Source: Actinomycetota bacterium
Lineage (GTDB): Bacteria > Actinomycetota > Actinomycetes > Actinomycetales > Dermatophilaceae
Assembly: GCA_040006795.1 (NCBI GenBank)
Contig: JBDTWH010000166.1
Span: 27,780-91,779 of the forward strand
DNA: 64,000 bases
Direction of reading: 5' to 3'
The notes beneath the pieces are model-generated. The model was not told the DNA's origin. It was given only the letters and a program-made list of their open reading frames with translations, and made no database searches. The position numbers and the translations under genes were made by a program. This document shows, in pieces, positions 1 to 9,072 of this stretch (positions within the stretch are counted from its first letter, which is position 1; each line of letters begins with the position of its first letter).

Positions 1-650
1 TCGTGAAGATAGCTGATGATGTCGTTCTTGTCCGCTGGGGAGATGTTCAGGTCGTTGAACACTGGCATCGACTGAGGTCCGGTCTGCATCGCCTCGTAGA
101 TGTGCTTGCCGGTGACGTTGCGCAGGCTCGGCGCGTACTTGCCGTGGCTGAGCGCACCGCCGGAGCCGGCGAAGTTGTGGCACAACGCGCAGTTGACCTT
201 GAACAGCTCATTTCCGTGGGCGATGTTGCCGTCACCACGGGTGAACTGGCTATCGGGAATGGCAGGGCCGGCGCCGAGCGTGGCCACATACGCGGCCATG
301 TTGGCGATCTCCTGGTTGGTGAACCTCACCTGCCTGCCGCTGGGGGCCTGGGGGACGGCAGACCCGGCGAGCGGCATACGGCCGGTGCCAACCTGGAAGT
401 CGACAGCGGCGGCCCCGACGCCGACCAGGCTGGGGCCGATCTTGCCCCCCTGACCTGAGATGCCGTGGCAGGTGGCGCAGTTGGCCAGGAAGAGCTTTCT
501 GCCGGAGGTCACGTCGTCTGCCGAGGCAACGGCAGCCTGTGCGGTCCGGGGCGCCAGGAGGGAGTAGAGCCCACCGGTGATGACGAGCCCCAGCAGGAGC
601 AGGACGACGATCGCAGCCGGATGACGACGATGGGAGCCCAGTGCCTTCAC
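1..650 (-). CDS. qcrC: Cytochrome bc1 complex di-haem cytochrome c subunit (QcrC); 3' end cut by window edge
   Basis: Absent from the ORF track because it runs off the window. Reverse translation from GTG at 650 reads VKALGSHRRHPAAIVVLLLLGL...LFLANCATCHG...LFKVNCALCHN. That is an N-terminal hydrophobic anchor plus two CxxCH haem-c motifs. A purine-rich RBS lies upstream. It sits directly downstream of ctaE, as in the mycobacterial ctaE-qcrCAB layout. Confidence 0.85.
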   Translation of the reverse strand, partial: MKALGSHRRHPAAIVVLLLLGLVITGGLYSLLAPRTAQAAVASADDVTSGRKLFLANCATCHGISGQGGKIGPSLVGVGAAAVDFQVGTGRMPLAGSAVPQAPSGRQVRFTNQEIANMAAYVATLGAGPAIPDSQFTRGDGNIAHGNELFKVNCALCHNFAGSGGALSHGKYAPSLRNVTGKHIYEAMQTGPQSMPVFNDLNISPADKNDIISYLH

Positions 651-696
651 GGGATGATCCTCTCTTCGGTGCGAGAGCCTCGGCAGAGGAGGTCCA

Positions 697-1371
697 TCAC
701 TTTAGTAGGTAGATCGTTGAGAACAGGGCGATCCACACGACGTCGACGAAGTGCCAGTAGTACGACGTCACGATCGCCCCGGACGCCTGCGCATGGGTGT
801 ATCGACGCGTCGTGAACGTCCGCCCGACGATCAGCAGGAGCGCGATCAGCCCACCCGTGACGTGCAGTGCGTGGAAGCCGGTGGTGAGGTAGAAGACCGA
901 GCCGTACGCGTCCGAGGAGATCGTCACCCCGTCGCGGACCAGGCGTGAGTACTCGAGCACCTGACCTGAGATGAAGATCGCGCCGAAGACGTAGGTCAGG
1001 ACGTACCACTCGCGCATGCCCCACGCCTTGAGCTGCAGCAGGGATCCGGTGCGGGCCGGCTGGCCGCGTTCGGCCTTGAAGACGCCCAGCTGGCACCAGA
1101 CGGACGAGATGACGAGCATCAGCGTGTTGAGAGCCGCGAAAGGAACGTTGAGATCGACGGTCTTCTCCGCCCACAGGCCCGGTGAGACCGATCGGATCGT
1201 GAAGTACATGGCAAACAGGCCGGCGAAGAACATCAGCTCGCTGGCCAGCCACACGATCGTCCCCACAGCGACCATGTTGGGTCGTGTCACCGGGCCATGA
1301 CCCGCGATGGGGCCTGACGAAGGCTTTGGGGTGCCTGACTCAACTGCGGATGCGGTCGCCACGAGCGCCAA
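697..1371 (-). CDS. ctaE: Cytochrome c oxidase (aa3) subunit III
   Basis: 224-aa ORF with [43 protein letters not shown] and [10 protein letters not shown], typical of actinobacterial CtaE. Multi-TM protein. Synteny with qcrC and trpD. Confidence 0.9.
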   Translation of the reverse strand: MALVATASAVESGTPKPSSGPIAGHGPVTRPNMVAVGTIVWLASELMFFAGLFAMYFTIRSVSPGLWAEKTVDLNVPFAALNTLMLVISSVWCQLGVFKAERGQPARTGSLLQLKAWGMREWYVLTYVFGAIFISGQVLEYSRLVRDGVTISSDAYGSVFYLTTGFHALHVTGGLIALLLIVGRTFTTRRYTHAQASGAIVTSYYWHFVDVVWIALFSTIYLLK

Positions 1372-1457
1372 TATTGCCCTATTCGGCTTCGCAATGCACT
1401 AGCAACGCGGGCACGGGCCTCCTGCTTCGTGAAATGGGCACCGGTAACATCTTCGTC

Positions 1458-1925
1458 ATGACCGACTCGCAGGCATCTCCGACGGCTTCTCACACCGACC
1501 AGGTCCCCTCAGGAGCCCCATATCAGCTGTCTGTGCTGCTCTACAGTGACGACATCGCAACCCGAGACGCAGTACGCGTCGCGGTCGGTCGCCGGCCCGC
1601 TCGCGATGTGGAGGTCAGCACCTGGCTCGAGTGCGCGACGGCGCCAGCGGTCATCGAAGCCGTGGAGACCGGGCAGTACGACCTGCTGGTCCTGGACGGA
1701 GAGGCCGGGCAGACCGGCGGCCTCGGACTGTGCCGACAGCTCAAGAACGAGATCTTCAGCTGTCCGCCGGTGCTGGTACTGACCGGACGACCGCAGGATG
1801 GCTGGCTCGCCGCGTGGTCCCAGGCAGATCTGGCCGTTCCGCACCCCCTTGATCCCATCGCGGTGGCGGGCGCGGTCGCCGAGCTCGGTCGCAGGGTCGG
1901 TGCCTCGGCCCTCGGCCCCGCCTAG
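1458..1925 (+). CDS. Stand-alone receiver (REC)-like domain protein
   Basis: Shortened from ORF 1284..1925 to the ATG at 1458 (MTDSQ...). The pattern VLLYSDD...YDLLVLDGEAGQTGGLGLCRQL...PPVLVLTGR resembles a CheY-like receiver fold with no output domain. Start codon uncertain. Confidence 0.55.
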   Translation: MTDSQASPTASHTDQVPSGAPYQLSVLLYSDDIATRDAVRVAVGRRPARDVEVSTWLECATAPAVIEAVETGQYDLLVLDGEAGQTGGLGLCRQLKNEIFSCPPVLVLTGRPQDGWLAAWSQADLAVPHPLDPIAVAGAVAELGRRVGASALGPA

Positions 1926-1928
1926 CCG

Positions 1929-2993
1929 GTGGTGGTTTCCATGGCGACCGGCGACTCGATGACCTGGCCGACCATTTTCACGGCGTTGCTCGGTGGGCAG
2001 GACCTGGGCACCACAGAGTCCGCGTGGGCGATGGACCAGATCATGAGCGGGGAGGCCAGCCCGGTGCAGGTTGCCGGGTTTCTCATGGCACTGCGCGCCA
2101 AAGGCGAGACAGTCGACGAGATGCGCGGGCTGGCCGACATGATGTTGAGCCACGCCAGCAGGATCACGGTTGAGGGCACGACGCTGGACATCGTCGGGAC
2201 GGGCGGAGATCGCGCGCACACTGTCAATATCTCGACGATGGCAGCTCTGGTGGCGGCCGCCAGCGGGGTGCGGGTTGTCAAGCACGGTAACCGTGCAGCG
2301 TCCTCGTCATCCGGCTCCGCTGATGTCCTCGAGGCCTTGGGGATCAACCTGTCGCTGAGCCCTTCGCAGGTTGCGGAGGTTGTCGACAGGGCTGGCATCA
2401 CCTTCTGTTTTGCCCAGCAGTTCCACCCTTCGATGCGTCACGCGGCCGTGGCACGCCGTGATCTCGGTATCGGTACCGTATTCAACTTCCTGGGCCCGCT
2501 CACCAACCCCGCACAGCCGACGTTTGCCGCCGTGGGGGTCGCGGACGCACGGATGGCGCCGCTGATGGCGGGGGTTTTCGCCGGACGAGGCAAGGATGCC
2601 GTGGTCTTCCGTGGCGACGACGGCCTGGACGAGCTCACCATCTCCACGACATCAACACTCTGGTGGGTGCGCGGCGGTGAGGTCCGCGAGTACAGCCTTG
2701 ACCCGGCATGGGTCGGGCTGGAGCGCCACCCGCTCGAGACGCTGCGGGGAGGGGACGCCGCCCACAACGCCCAGGTCGTCCGGGATGTGTTCGCCGGTGC
2801 CCTGGGACCTGTCCGCGACGCGGTCGTGCTCAACGCAGGGGTAGCCCTGGCGCTCACCGTGCCCGACGTGGGCGAGAGCCAGGCTGACTTCATCGCCGCG
2901 CTGCAGTCCGGGATGGATCGGGCCGCAGCGGTGGTCGATGACGGGAGCGCCACCCTTCTGCTGCAGCGATGGGTCGATGCGACACGAGGGTGA
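1929..2993 (+). CDS. trpD: Anthranilate phosphoribosyltransferase
   Basis: 354-aa ORF with GTGGDRAHTVNISTMAALVAAASGVRVVKHGNRAASSSSGSADVLEALG and GPLTNPA, the hallmark TrpD motifs. Neighbours ctaE as in M. tuberculosis. Confidence 0.93.
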   Translation: MVVSMATGDSMTWPTIFTALLGGQDLGTTESAWAMDQIMSGEASPVQVAGFLMALRAKGETVDEMRGLADMMLSHASRITVEGTTLDIVGTGGDRAHTVNISTMAALVAAASGVRVVKHGNRAASSSSGSADVLEALGINLSLSPSQVAEVVDRAGITFCFAQQFHPSMRHAAVARRDLGIGTVFNFLGPLTNPAQPTFAAVGVADARMAPLMAGVFAGRGKDAVVFRGDDGLDELTISTTSTLWWVRGGEVREYSLDPAWVGLERHPLETLRGGDAAHNAQVVRDVFAGALGPVRDAVVLNAGVALALTVPDVGESQADFIAALQSGMDRAAAVVDDGSATLLLQRWVDATRG

Positions 2994-3109
2994 CCTGCAG
3001 TCTGGGCGCAGGACTCTGCGGCCGGGCGCCCAGGCAACGTTCGAGGTCCATCAGTGGGGCCCGGGTCATCCATCCTGCTGGGCTCAGCAGTACTCCTACC
3101 CGATAGGGC

Positions 3110-3394
3110 TCAGGCGCCGTCCAGTCCGAGGCTGAAAGCAGCTTCCAGGTCGTGCTTGGAGTAGGTCCTGAACGCGATGTGGGTCTGGGTGCCCTGGACA
3201 CCGCTGACCTTGTTGAGCTGGTCGGCGATGACATCCGCCAGCTCCTCGTGGTGGCGGACCCGCACGATGGCGATGAGGTCGACATCGCCGGTAACGGAGT
3301 AGACCTCGCTGACGCCGTTGAGGTCGGCGATGGCGGCGGCGACCTCGGGAATGCGGTCGACCTCGGCGTTGATCAAGACGATGGCGGAAATCAC
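3110..3394 (-). CDS. Small Lrp/AsnC-type ligand-binding (RAM) domain protein without an HTH
   Basis: 94 aa, MISAIVLINAEVDRIPEVAAAIADLNGVSEVYSVTGDVDLIAIVRV. This is the beta-alpha-beta-beta-alpha-beta RAM/AsnC_trans_reg pattern. Its GTG start overlaps the stop of the upstream gene (GTGA at 3391-3394). Confidence 0.75.
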   Translation of the reverse strand: MISAIVLINAEVDRIPEVAAAIADLNGVSEVYSVTGDVDLIAIVRVRHHEELADVIADQLNKVSGVQGTQTHIAFRTYSKHDLEAAFSLGLDGA

Positions 3395-5214
3395 GGTTCC
3401 ACCCTAGCCCGCCCGCTCATGGGAGATCTCACTGTCCGTGGCAGGGGGCCGGGAACCGCCAGGCCATCACCGGGCCGACGATGGCGGAGCCCCGGGTCGT
3501 TCGGCTCATCGAAGCTCACGACGTCGCGGTAGGCGGTGGGGTCAGGTTCCAGGCTGTCCCTGGCTGCGCCGGCCCCGTACACAGGGCAGGTCCATTCACC
3601 CTCCATGGAGACGATACGGACGCCGGGCGAGTCCAGCCACCGAAGGATCTTCTCGGTCTCCTCGGCTGAGGCAGAGGAAGCAGGCCCTGGGGAGGAGATC
3701 ACCATCTCGGCGCTGAGTGCCAGCGCCTCGATGTATGGCCGGGGGTCGCCGCCCCGGGGAGTCACTGTGGTGCCGGCGAGCCGTCCGAAACGGACGCAGA
3801 TGATCTCCCAGCCGCAGTGGGGTGTGGGTCGGGCAGCCACGATCTCGGCACTGTTGGCCAGTGGCGCGATGCGCTGGGCGCGCGCGGCTGCCCGTACGAG
3901 ATGCGTCAGCCGGTCACGGACCGCTCCGGCGTCCTCGTAACGTTCTTGGCCGGACAGGCTGCTCATCCGTTGCCGTAGCGCTCCGATGACCTCGCGCGAG
4001 TCGCCCGCGATCATCTCGACCGCGCGCTGGACCACGACGGCATATTCCTGGATGCTCTGCTCGCCCCTGCACGGCGCGCCGCAGCGCCCCATCTCGGCGA
4101 GCACACAGTCGGCATGTCGACCACTGGCCGACATGCGCTTGGTGCATTGGCGCAGCGGGACCACCTCATGAATGGCGGCGATCGCGGACTCGGCTCCCAG
4201 GTGCGAGCCGAAGGGTCCGAAGTAATGGGCTCCGTCGGCCTTCACGTCGCGAACGATGCTCAGTCGCGGGAAGGACTCGATGGTGAGCTTTACCCAGGGT
4301 GCCCGCTCGGGGTTCAGAGAGCGCCGGTTGTACCGAGGTTTGTGCTGAGCTATGAGACGAAGCTCGCGAACCTGCGCCTCCAGAGTGGTGTCGCAGACGA
4401 CCGGCGTCACGCTGGTCGCGATCCCGACCATCTCGGCCATCCGGGTGCGCTGTTCGGACGCTGTGAAGTATGTGCGCACCCGCCGTTGGATGTCCTGTGA
4501 CGTACCGACGTAGAGCACACGCCCCTGGCCGTCCTTGAACAGGTAGACGCCCGGCGCCGAGGGCAGACCCTCCGCGAGATGCCGTTTGCGGCGCTGAGCC
4601 GAAGTGACCCGTGAGGAGAACGTGCTGAGCTCTTCAAGAGTGAGGACCCCGAGGCTGCCAACCCGGGCGAGCAGCCCATGCAGGACGTCGACGGTGGCGC
4701 GGGCATCGTGCAGCGCACGGTGGTCCGGGGTTGTCGCGGCCCCGAAGAGCCGTGCCAGGGTGCCGAGCTTGCGGTTTGGTGCCTCGTCCTTGCTAATCAG
4801 CTGCCTGGCCAGGTGGGCCGTGTCAACCACGCGAAACGCCGGCCAGCTGTGACCGGTCACCGTGGCCGCGGCCTTGAGGAAGGAGATGTCAAAGGGCGCG
4901 TTGTGGGCGACCAGCACGCTGTGCCGGGCGAACTCGAGAAACGCCGGCAGCACGCTGCCGATGCGTGGTGAGTCGGCCACCATCTGGTCGGTGATCCCGG
5001 TCAGAACTGAGATGAACGCAGGGATCGGCTCAGCAGGGTTGACCAGGGTCTGGAACTCACCAAGCACCTCGCCGCCCCGGATCTTGACGGCTCCGACCTC
5101 GGTGATGTGGGCACCGCTCGGACTGCCTCCAGTCGTCTCGAGGTCGACGACCACGAAGGTGACGTCAGCCAGGGGGCTGCCCAGCTCGTCGAGTGTGCCT
5201 TGCACGCCTTGCAT
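3391..5214 (-). CDS. DEDDh 3'-5' exonuclease (DnaQ-like) fused to a GIY-YIG/UvrC-like nuclease domain (Rv2191-like)
   Basis: 607 aa. The N-terminus has FVVVDLETTGG and HNAPFDISFL (Exo I/II motifs). The middle has PGVYLFKDGQGRVLYVGTS...YNRR (GIY-YIG). The C-terminal part is UvrC-like. Confidence 0.85.
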   Translation of the reverse strand: MQGVQGTLDELGSPLADVTFVVVDLETTGGSPSGAHITEVGAVKIRGGEVLGEFQTLVNPAEPIPAFISVLTGITDQMVADSPRIGSVLPAFLEFARHSVLVAHNAPFDISFLKAAATVTGHSWPAFRVVDTAHLARQLISKDEAPNRKLGTLARLFGAATTPDHRALHDARATVDVLHGLLARVGSLGVLTLEELSTFSSRVTSAQRRKRHLAEGLPSAPGVYLFKDGQGRVLYVGTSQDIQRRVRTYFTASEQRTRMAEMVGIATSVTPVVCDTTLEAQVRELRLIAQHKPRYNRRSLNPERAPWVKLTIESFPRLSIVRDVKADGAHYFGPFGSHLGAESAIAAIHEVVPLRQCTKRMSASGRHADCVLAEMGRCGAPCRGEQSIQEYAVVVQRAVEMIAGDSREVIGALRQRMSSLSGQERYEDAGAVRDRLTHLVRAAARAQRIAPLANSAEIVAARPTPHCGWEIICVRFGRLAGTTVTPRGGDPRPYIEALALSAEMVISSPGPASSASAEETEKILRWLDSPGVRIVSMEGEWTCPVYGAGAARDSLEPDPTAYRDVVSFDEPNDPGLRHRRPGDGLAVPGPLPRTVRSPMSGRARVEP

Positions 5215-5221
5215 GGTGACG

Positions 5222-5243
5222 ACGTTAGGGGCAGCGGCTGACA
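5222..5243 (-). promoter_or_regulatory. RecA-independent (PafBC-type, RecA-NDp-like) DNA-damage promoter motif for the DnaQ/GIY-YIG gene
   Basis: The minus strand reads cTGTCAGCC-GCTGCCCC-TAACGT. This fits tTGTCRgtg-N8-TAnnnT. The -10 element ends 7 nt before the ATG at 5214, which implies a leaderless or near-leaderless mRNA. Confidence 0.5.
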
Positions 5244-5307
5244 GGGCTCGACAGGCGCGCTGCCAGCATGGCTCTGGCGAAGGGAGCCGCGTTGTACGTC
5301 GGCGCGC

Positions 5308-5329
5308 TGTCGGACCCTCGGCCTAGCCT
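5308..5329 (+). promoter_or_regulatory. Second RecA-NDp-like motif, divergent, facing the Cys-rich small ORF
   Basis: The plus strand reads cTGTCGGAC-CCTCGGCC-TAGCCT, with the same spacing as the consensus. It lies about 95 nt upstream of the ATG at 5426. Confidence 0.45.
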
Positions 5330-5425
5330 TTCTCCTACGGCTTTCCGACACGGTCAGCCGGTTGGGTCCAACGAGCTCAGCGGGCCAGCTGCTGGGTGGG
5401 ACCGAGATGTGTGCGGAGGCCAGTG

Positions 5426-5725
5426 ATGATCGTTGACTGCATGACATGTCCGGTGCGCGGCCGGCGATGTGACGACTGCGCGGTGACAGCGCTGATCGGA
5501 TCCCGCCCGCTCGAGTATCTCGCTTCGCCCGACCTTTGCTTGTCCGGCGAGCTCAGGTCGACCACGGAGCTCGCGGTGACCCCCGAGCTGCAGCTGGATG
5601 CTGCCGAGCACCGCGCGGTGTCCATATTCGTGGGCGCCGGGCTGGTCAATGCCCGGGCCGCGACAAGGTTGCGCGCGAGCCGGGAGAGCAGGCAGCCCTG
5701 GGCGAGCACACGCGCCGTCGGTTGA
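5426..5725 (+). CDS. Small Cys-rich hypothetical protein (CxxC-N6-CxxC, zinc-ribbon-like)
   Basis: ORF 5396..5725 trimmed to the ATG at 5426 because GGAGG lies 6 nt upstream. The N-terminus is MIVDCMTCPVRGRRCDDCAV. No recognisable family. Confidence 0.45.
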   Translation: MIVDCMTCPVRGRRCDDCAVTALIGSRPLEYLASPDLCLSGELRSTTELAVTPELQLDAAEHRAVSIFVGAGLVNARAATRLRASRESRQPWASTRAVG

Positions 5726-5776
5726 GCATCGCACCGATGGTGCTCCTGGAACCCTGAGGCAATCTACGATGGCGCA

Positions 5777-7135
5777 ATGACCAGAGTCGGGCGCATGACC
5801 GCGATCGCGTTGTGCGCGGGGTTGGCGGTCGGCATCGTCGGGCAGCTGAGAGGCGATCTGGACCTGCCGGGCACCGTTCGGAGCCTGCGGCAGACCAGTG
5901 ACGGGGGCGCCGGCACGAACCAGGCTGCGTCCTCAGTGCCGAAGGTGGACGAGCAGAATGCTCGTCTGGCAGCGCTTCAGGTCCTGTTGTCCGCCCGGGC
6001 AAAGGCTGTGAAGACGAACAGCAAGAGTGCCTGGATGGCCACGGTGGACTCCCATGAGTCGAAGTTCCGTGTGCGTCAGGTGGTGGCTTTCGACAACCTC
6101 GTCAAGCTTCCGCTGGACCAGTTCTCCTACGGCACCGCACACCTCGCCCCGGCGCTCGATGCGACCCGCGCGAGGGCGGCAGGGAACAAAGCGTGGGCCG
6201 CCACGGTCACCGGGACGTACTCGCTGGCTGGATTTGACCGGGCGCCCCAGTCCTTTGACGCGACGTACACCCTGGTGCAGCGTGCCGCCGGTTGGCGCAT
6301 CGTCGATGACTCTGACGGAGCTACACCCCTGCAGATGTGGGACCTGCCGGGGCTGAGGGTCATCCGAGGCAAGTCCGACATCGTGATAGGTAACGCCCCC
6401 GCGGCTCGAATGCGCGAGTACAGCGCCCTTGGGGACTCAGCCGTTCGCCGGGTCGGTGGTGTGTGGGGCACGGACTGGAACGCTCGTGTGGTCATGGTGA
6501 CGCCGGCCTCGAACCAGGAGTTCGCCCGCCTGCTGCTGCGTTCTGCCGATAAGGGGCTCGACCAGGTTGCCGCGATCACCCAGGGTGTGATCGAGCCAGG
6601 CAAGAGGGCTCAGGGGGACCGGGTCATCATCAATCCCAAGGCTTTCACCTTGCTGCAACCGCTCGGACGTCAGGTGGTCGTCACCCATGAGGTGACACAT
6701 CTCGCGGCCCGATCGTCCACCACAAGCCCGGCCCCCGTCTGGCTGACAGAGGGAATGGCCGACTATGTCGGGTACTCCGGTCTGGGGCTCCCTCGGTCGG
6801 AAGTGGCAAGTGAGCTGCTCACCCTCGTTCGTGCGCGCAAGGGCCCGACTGCGCTGCCCACCGAGGCTGACTTCGACCCGTCGAAGACGAAGATCGCAAC
6901 GGCATACTCCGGGTCGTGGCTGGCAGTGTGTCGCCTGGTCGACCTGTATGGCCAGGCGAAGGTCGTCGCCTTCTATCGCTTCGTCGGATCGGCCAGGGCA
7001 CCCGGCGGTGAAGACCAGGGTGACCCTGAGACAGTCGCCGCGTCGGCATTCCCTCGCAGCTTCGGGGTGAGCGAAGAGCGGTTTGTCGGGGGATGGAAGG
7101 ACTATCTGTCGGCACTGGCCCAGGTCCGAGGATGA
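5777..7135 (+). CDS. Secreted or membrane-anchored hypothetical protein with an HExxH metallopeptidase-like motif
   Basis: 452 aa. N-terminal hydrophobic segment MTAIALCAGLAVGIVG. The C-terminal half has VVVTHEVTHLAA followed by WLTEGMADYVG, i.e. HExxH plus a downstream Glu, MA-clan-like. Confidence 0.6.
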   Translation: MTRVGRMTAIALCAGLAVGIVGQLRGDLDLPGTVRSLRQTSDGGAGTNQAASSVPKVDEQNARLAALQVLLSARAKAVKTNSKSAWMATVDSHESKFRVRQVVAFDNLVKLPLDQFSYGTAHLAPALDATRARAAGNKAWAATVTGTYSLAGFDRAPQSFDATYTLVQRAAGWRIVDDSDGATPLQMWDLPGLRVIRGKSDIVIGNAPAARMREYSALGDSAVRRVGGVWGTDWNARVVMVTPASNQEFARLLLRSADKGLDQVAAITQGVIEPGKRAQGDRVIINPKAFTLLQPLGRQVVVTHEVTHLAARSSTTSPAPVWLTEGMADYVGYSGLGLPRSEVASELLTLVRARKGPTALPTEADFDPSKTKIATAYSGSWLAVCRLVDLYGQAKVVAFYRFVGSARAPGGEDQGDPETVAASAFPRSFGVSEERFVGGWKDYLSALAQVRG

Positions 7136-7168
7136 GCCGGCTGCTGCCCGGGTCCTGAGCACCGCTCC

Positions 7169-7210
7169 TTCACCCTGTGGCATCCCGGCTTCACCCTGTG
7201 GCATCCCGGC
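7169..7210. repeat. Perfect 21-bp tandem duplication (ttcaccctgtggcatcccggc x2), intergenic
   Basis: Read directly: copies at 7169-7189 and 7190-7210, just downstream of the HExxH gene stop. Confidence 0.95.
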
Positions 7211-7310
7211 CCCGCGGTCCAGCAGAGCGCCGATCCCGCTTCGGACTGCTGACGAGGTCCCCTGCACACGCCCGACGTGAGGAGCGGAACCTCAAGGTAG
7301 CCTTCGCCCC

Positions 7311-7769
7311 ATGGCTGATCGCACTGAGTCCAACATCGTCATCGCCGCCGCGCCCGGGGCGATACTCGATGTCATCGCCGACTTCGATCGCTATCCCGAG
7401 TGGGCCGGCGAGGTGAAGAAAGTCGCAGTGATCTCGGAGGATGGCGACGGATGGGCCGACCAGGTCGAGTTCACGCTTTCAGCTGGTGCCATCAAGGACA
7501 CCTATATCCTGGAGTACGACTGGGACGTGTCCGAGGACGGCACCGGGGTGGTCTCATGGCACCTGGTGAGCGGCATGGTGCTCAAGGCGATGAATGGCTC
7601 TTACACCCTCGAGGACACCACCGAGCCAGATACCGGCGTCCGAACTGCCGTCAGCTATCGTCTCTCGGTCGACGTCAAGATCCCGATGCTCGGGATACTC
7701 AAGCGCAAGGCCGAGAAGGTCATCATCGAGACCGCGCTGAATGAGCTGAAGAAACGCGTCGAGGTTTGA
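7311..7769 (+). CDS. SRPBCC (cyclase/dehydrase, START-like) family protein
   Basis: 152 aa. ESNIVIAAAPGAILDVIADFDRYPEWAGEVK is the typical SRPBCC N-terminus. Conserved partner of the downstream ArsA-like ATPase. Confidence 0.8.
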   Translation: MADRTESNIVIAAAPGAILDVIADFDRYPEWAGEVKKVAVISEDGDGWADQVEFTLSAGAIKDTYILEYDWDVSEDGTGVVSWHLVSGMVLKAMNGSYTLEDTTEPDTGVRTAVSYRLSVDVKIPMLGILKRKAEKVIIETALNELKKRVEV

Positions 7770-7788
7770 GCCCGCGTCCGGGTATCTC

Positions 7789-9072
7789 GTGAGAGTCGTA
7801 CTCTTCACCGGCAAGGGGGGCGTCGGCAAGACGACGACAGCTGCAGCCACCGCCGTGCAGGCGGCCCGAGCTGGCATCAAGACCCTGGTCATGTCGACCG
7901 ACGCGGCGCACTCACTGGGCGACGCTCTGGACGTTGTCCTGATGACGTCCGCGGACGATCCCGACCCCGTGGTCGAGATCGAGCCGGGTCTGTCCGCCCT
8001 GCAGCTCAGTGCCTCGCACAGTGTCCGACGTTCCTGGCGTGAGGTGCAGGACTACCTCCTGACCGTGTTCAAGGCGCTGGGTATCGACCCCGTGGTCGCC
8101 GACGAGCTCACTGCTCTGCCCGGCGCCGACGAGCTGGTCGCCCTTCTTGAGCTGCGCAGGCAGGTTGAGTCCGGTGCGTGGGACCTTGTCATCGTGGACT
8201 GTGCGCCGACCGCAGAGACGTTGCGGATGCTGGCCTTGCCCGAGGCCCTTGCCTGGCACCTCAAGAAGCTCATGCCGGCTCAGCGAGGACTTCTGCGAGC
8301 GCTTCGTCCTGCCGCCGCGTCAGCTACCGGGATTCCGCTGCCGGGGGCACCTGTGCTGGACACCCTGCGTCGTTGGCATGAGTCCCTGCTTGAGATCCAG
8401 TCCATCCTTGCGTCCGAGACGACCTCCGTGCGATTGGTGCTGACCCCGGAGCGTGTGGTTATCGCCGAGTCACGTCGGACGCTGACCTCGCTGCGGCTCT
8501 ACGGTCTGACGGTGGACCAGGTCGTGGTCAATCGCGTATTCCCCGACGCGGCGAATCGTGATGTCGCGGGCTCCGGCACGGACTCCCGAGGCTCAGGTCG
8601 GGAATCGAACCACACCGCCTGGCTGGCTGGCTGGAACGAGGCTCAGCAGCGGCGACTGGCCGAGGTTCGTCACTCATTCGACCCGCTGCCGATCGTCATC
8701 GCCCCCTATCTCTCTCACGAGCCTGTTGGCCCCGATGCGCTTGCCGGGCTCGCCCGGGTGTGCACGGGAGCGATCGGTGACGTCCTGACAACAGCGCCCG
8801 CTGAGGGCATGACGGTCCAGCCGGAGGGTCGGGGCTATCTCCTCACGTTGCCCCTGCCATTGGTCACCGCTGCCCAGGTGAACCTCAAACGGCGTGACGA
8901 CGAGCTGCTCGTGGCGGTGGCCGACCATCGACGGGTGCTGTCTTTGCCCAGCATCTTGCGGCGCTGTGTTGTGACCGGCGCGGTGGTGCGCAACGCGACC
9001 CTGCGGGTGCGATTCGTTCCCGACGAGAAGTTGTGGCCCGTAGACGACCGAGAGAGTGTGGCCCAGGAATGA
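7789..9072 (+). CDS. ArsA/GET3-family anion-transporting ATPase-like protein
   Basis: 427 aa. Deviant Walker A at FTGKGGVGKTTTAAATA, then STDAAHSLGD and VDCAPTAETLRML. Confidence 0.85.
   Translation: MRVVLFTGKGGVGKTTTAAATAVQAARAGIKTLVMSTDAAHSLGDALDVVLMTSADDPDPVVEIEPGLSALQLSASHSVRRSWREVQDYLLTVFKALGIDPVVADELTALPGADELVALLELRRQVESGAWDLVIVDCAPTAETLRMLALPEALAWHLKKLMPAQRGLLRALRPAAASATGIPLPGAPVLDTLRRWHESLLEIQSILASETTSVRLVLTPERVVIAESRRTLTSLRLYGLTVDQVVVNRVFPDAANRDVAGSGTDSRGSGRESNHTAWLAGWNEAQQRRLAEVRHSFDPLPIVIAPYLSHEPVGPDALAGLARVCTGAIGDVLTTAPAEGMTVQPEGRGYLLTLPLPLVTAAQVNLKRRDDELLVAVADHRRVLSLPSILRRCVVTGAVVRNATLRVRFVPDEKLWPVDDRESVAQE

Noticed and set aside
2993-3110. Short hairpins (for example CTGCTG-ggct-CAGCAG near 3074-3089, and ctgggcgc...gcgcccag near 3001-3033) as terminators between convergent trpD and the RAM-domain gene.
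   Set aside because: The stems are only 6-8 bp, with no U-tract and long or irregular loops. This is too weak to report as features.
6509-6524. LexA-box-like sequences tcgaaccaggagttcg (6509-6524) and cgaacgcgccgttcg (25507-25521).
   Set aside because: The half-sites are separated by 5 nt instead of 4. Both lie deep inside coding regions (the HExxH protein and threonine aldolase), not in promoters.
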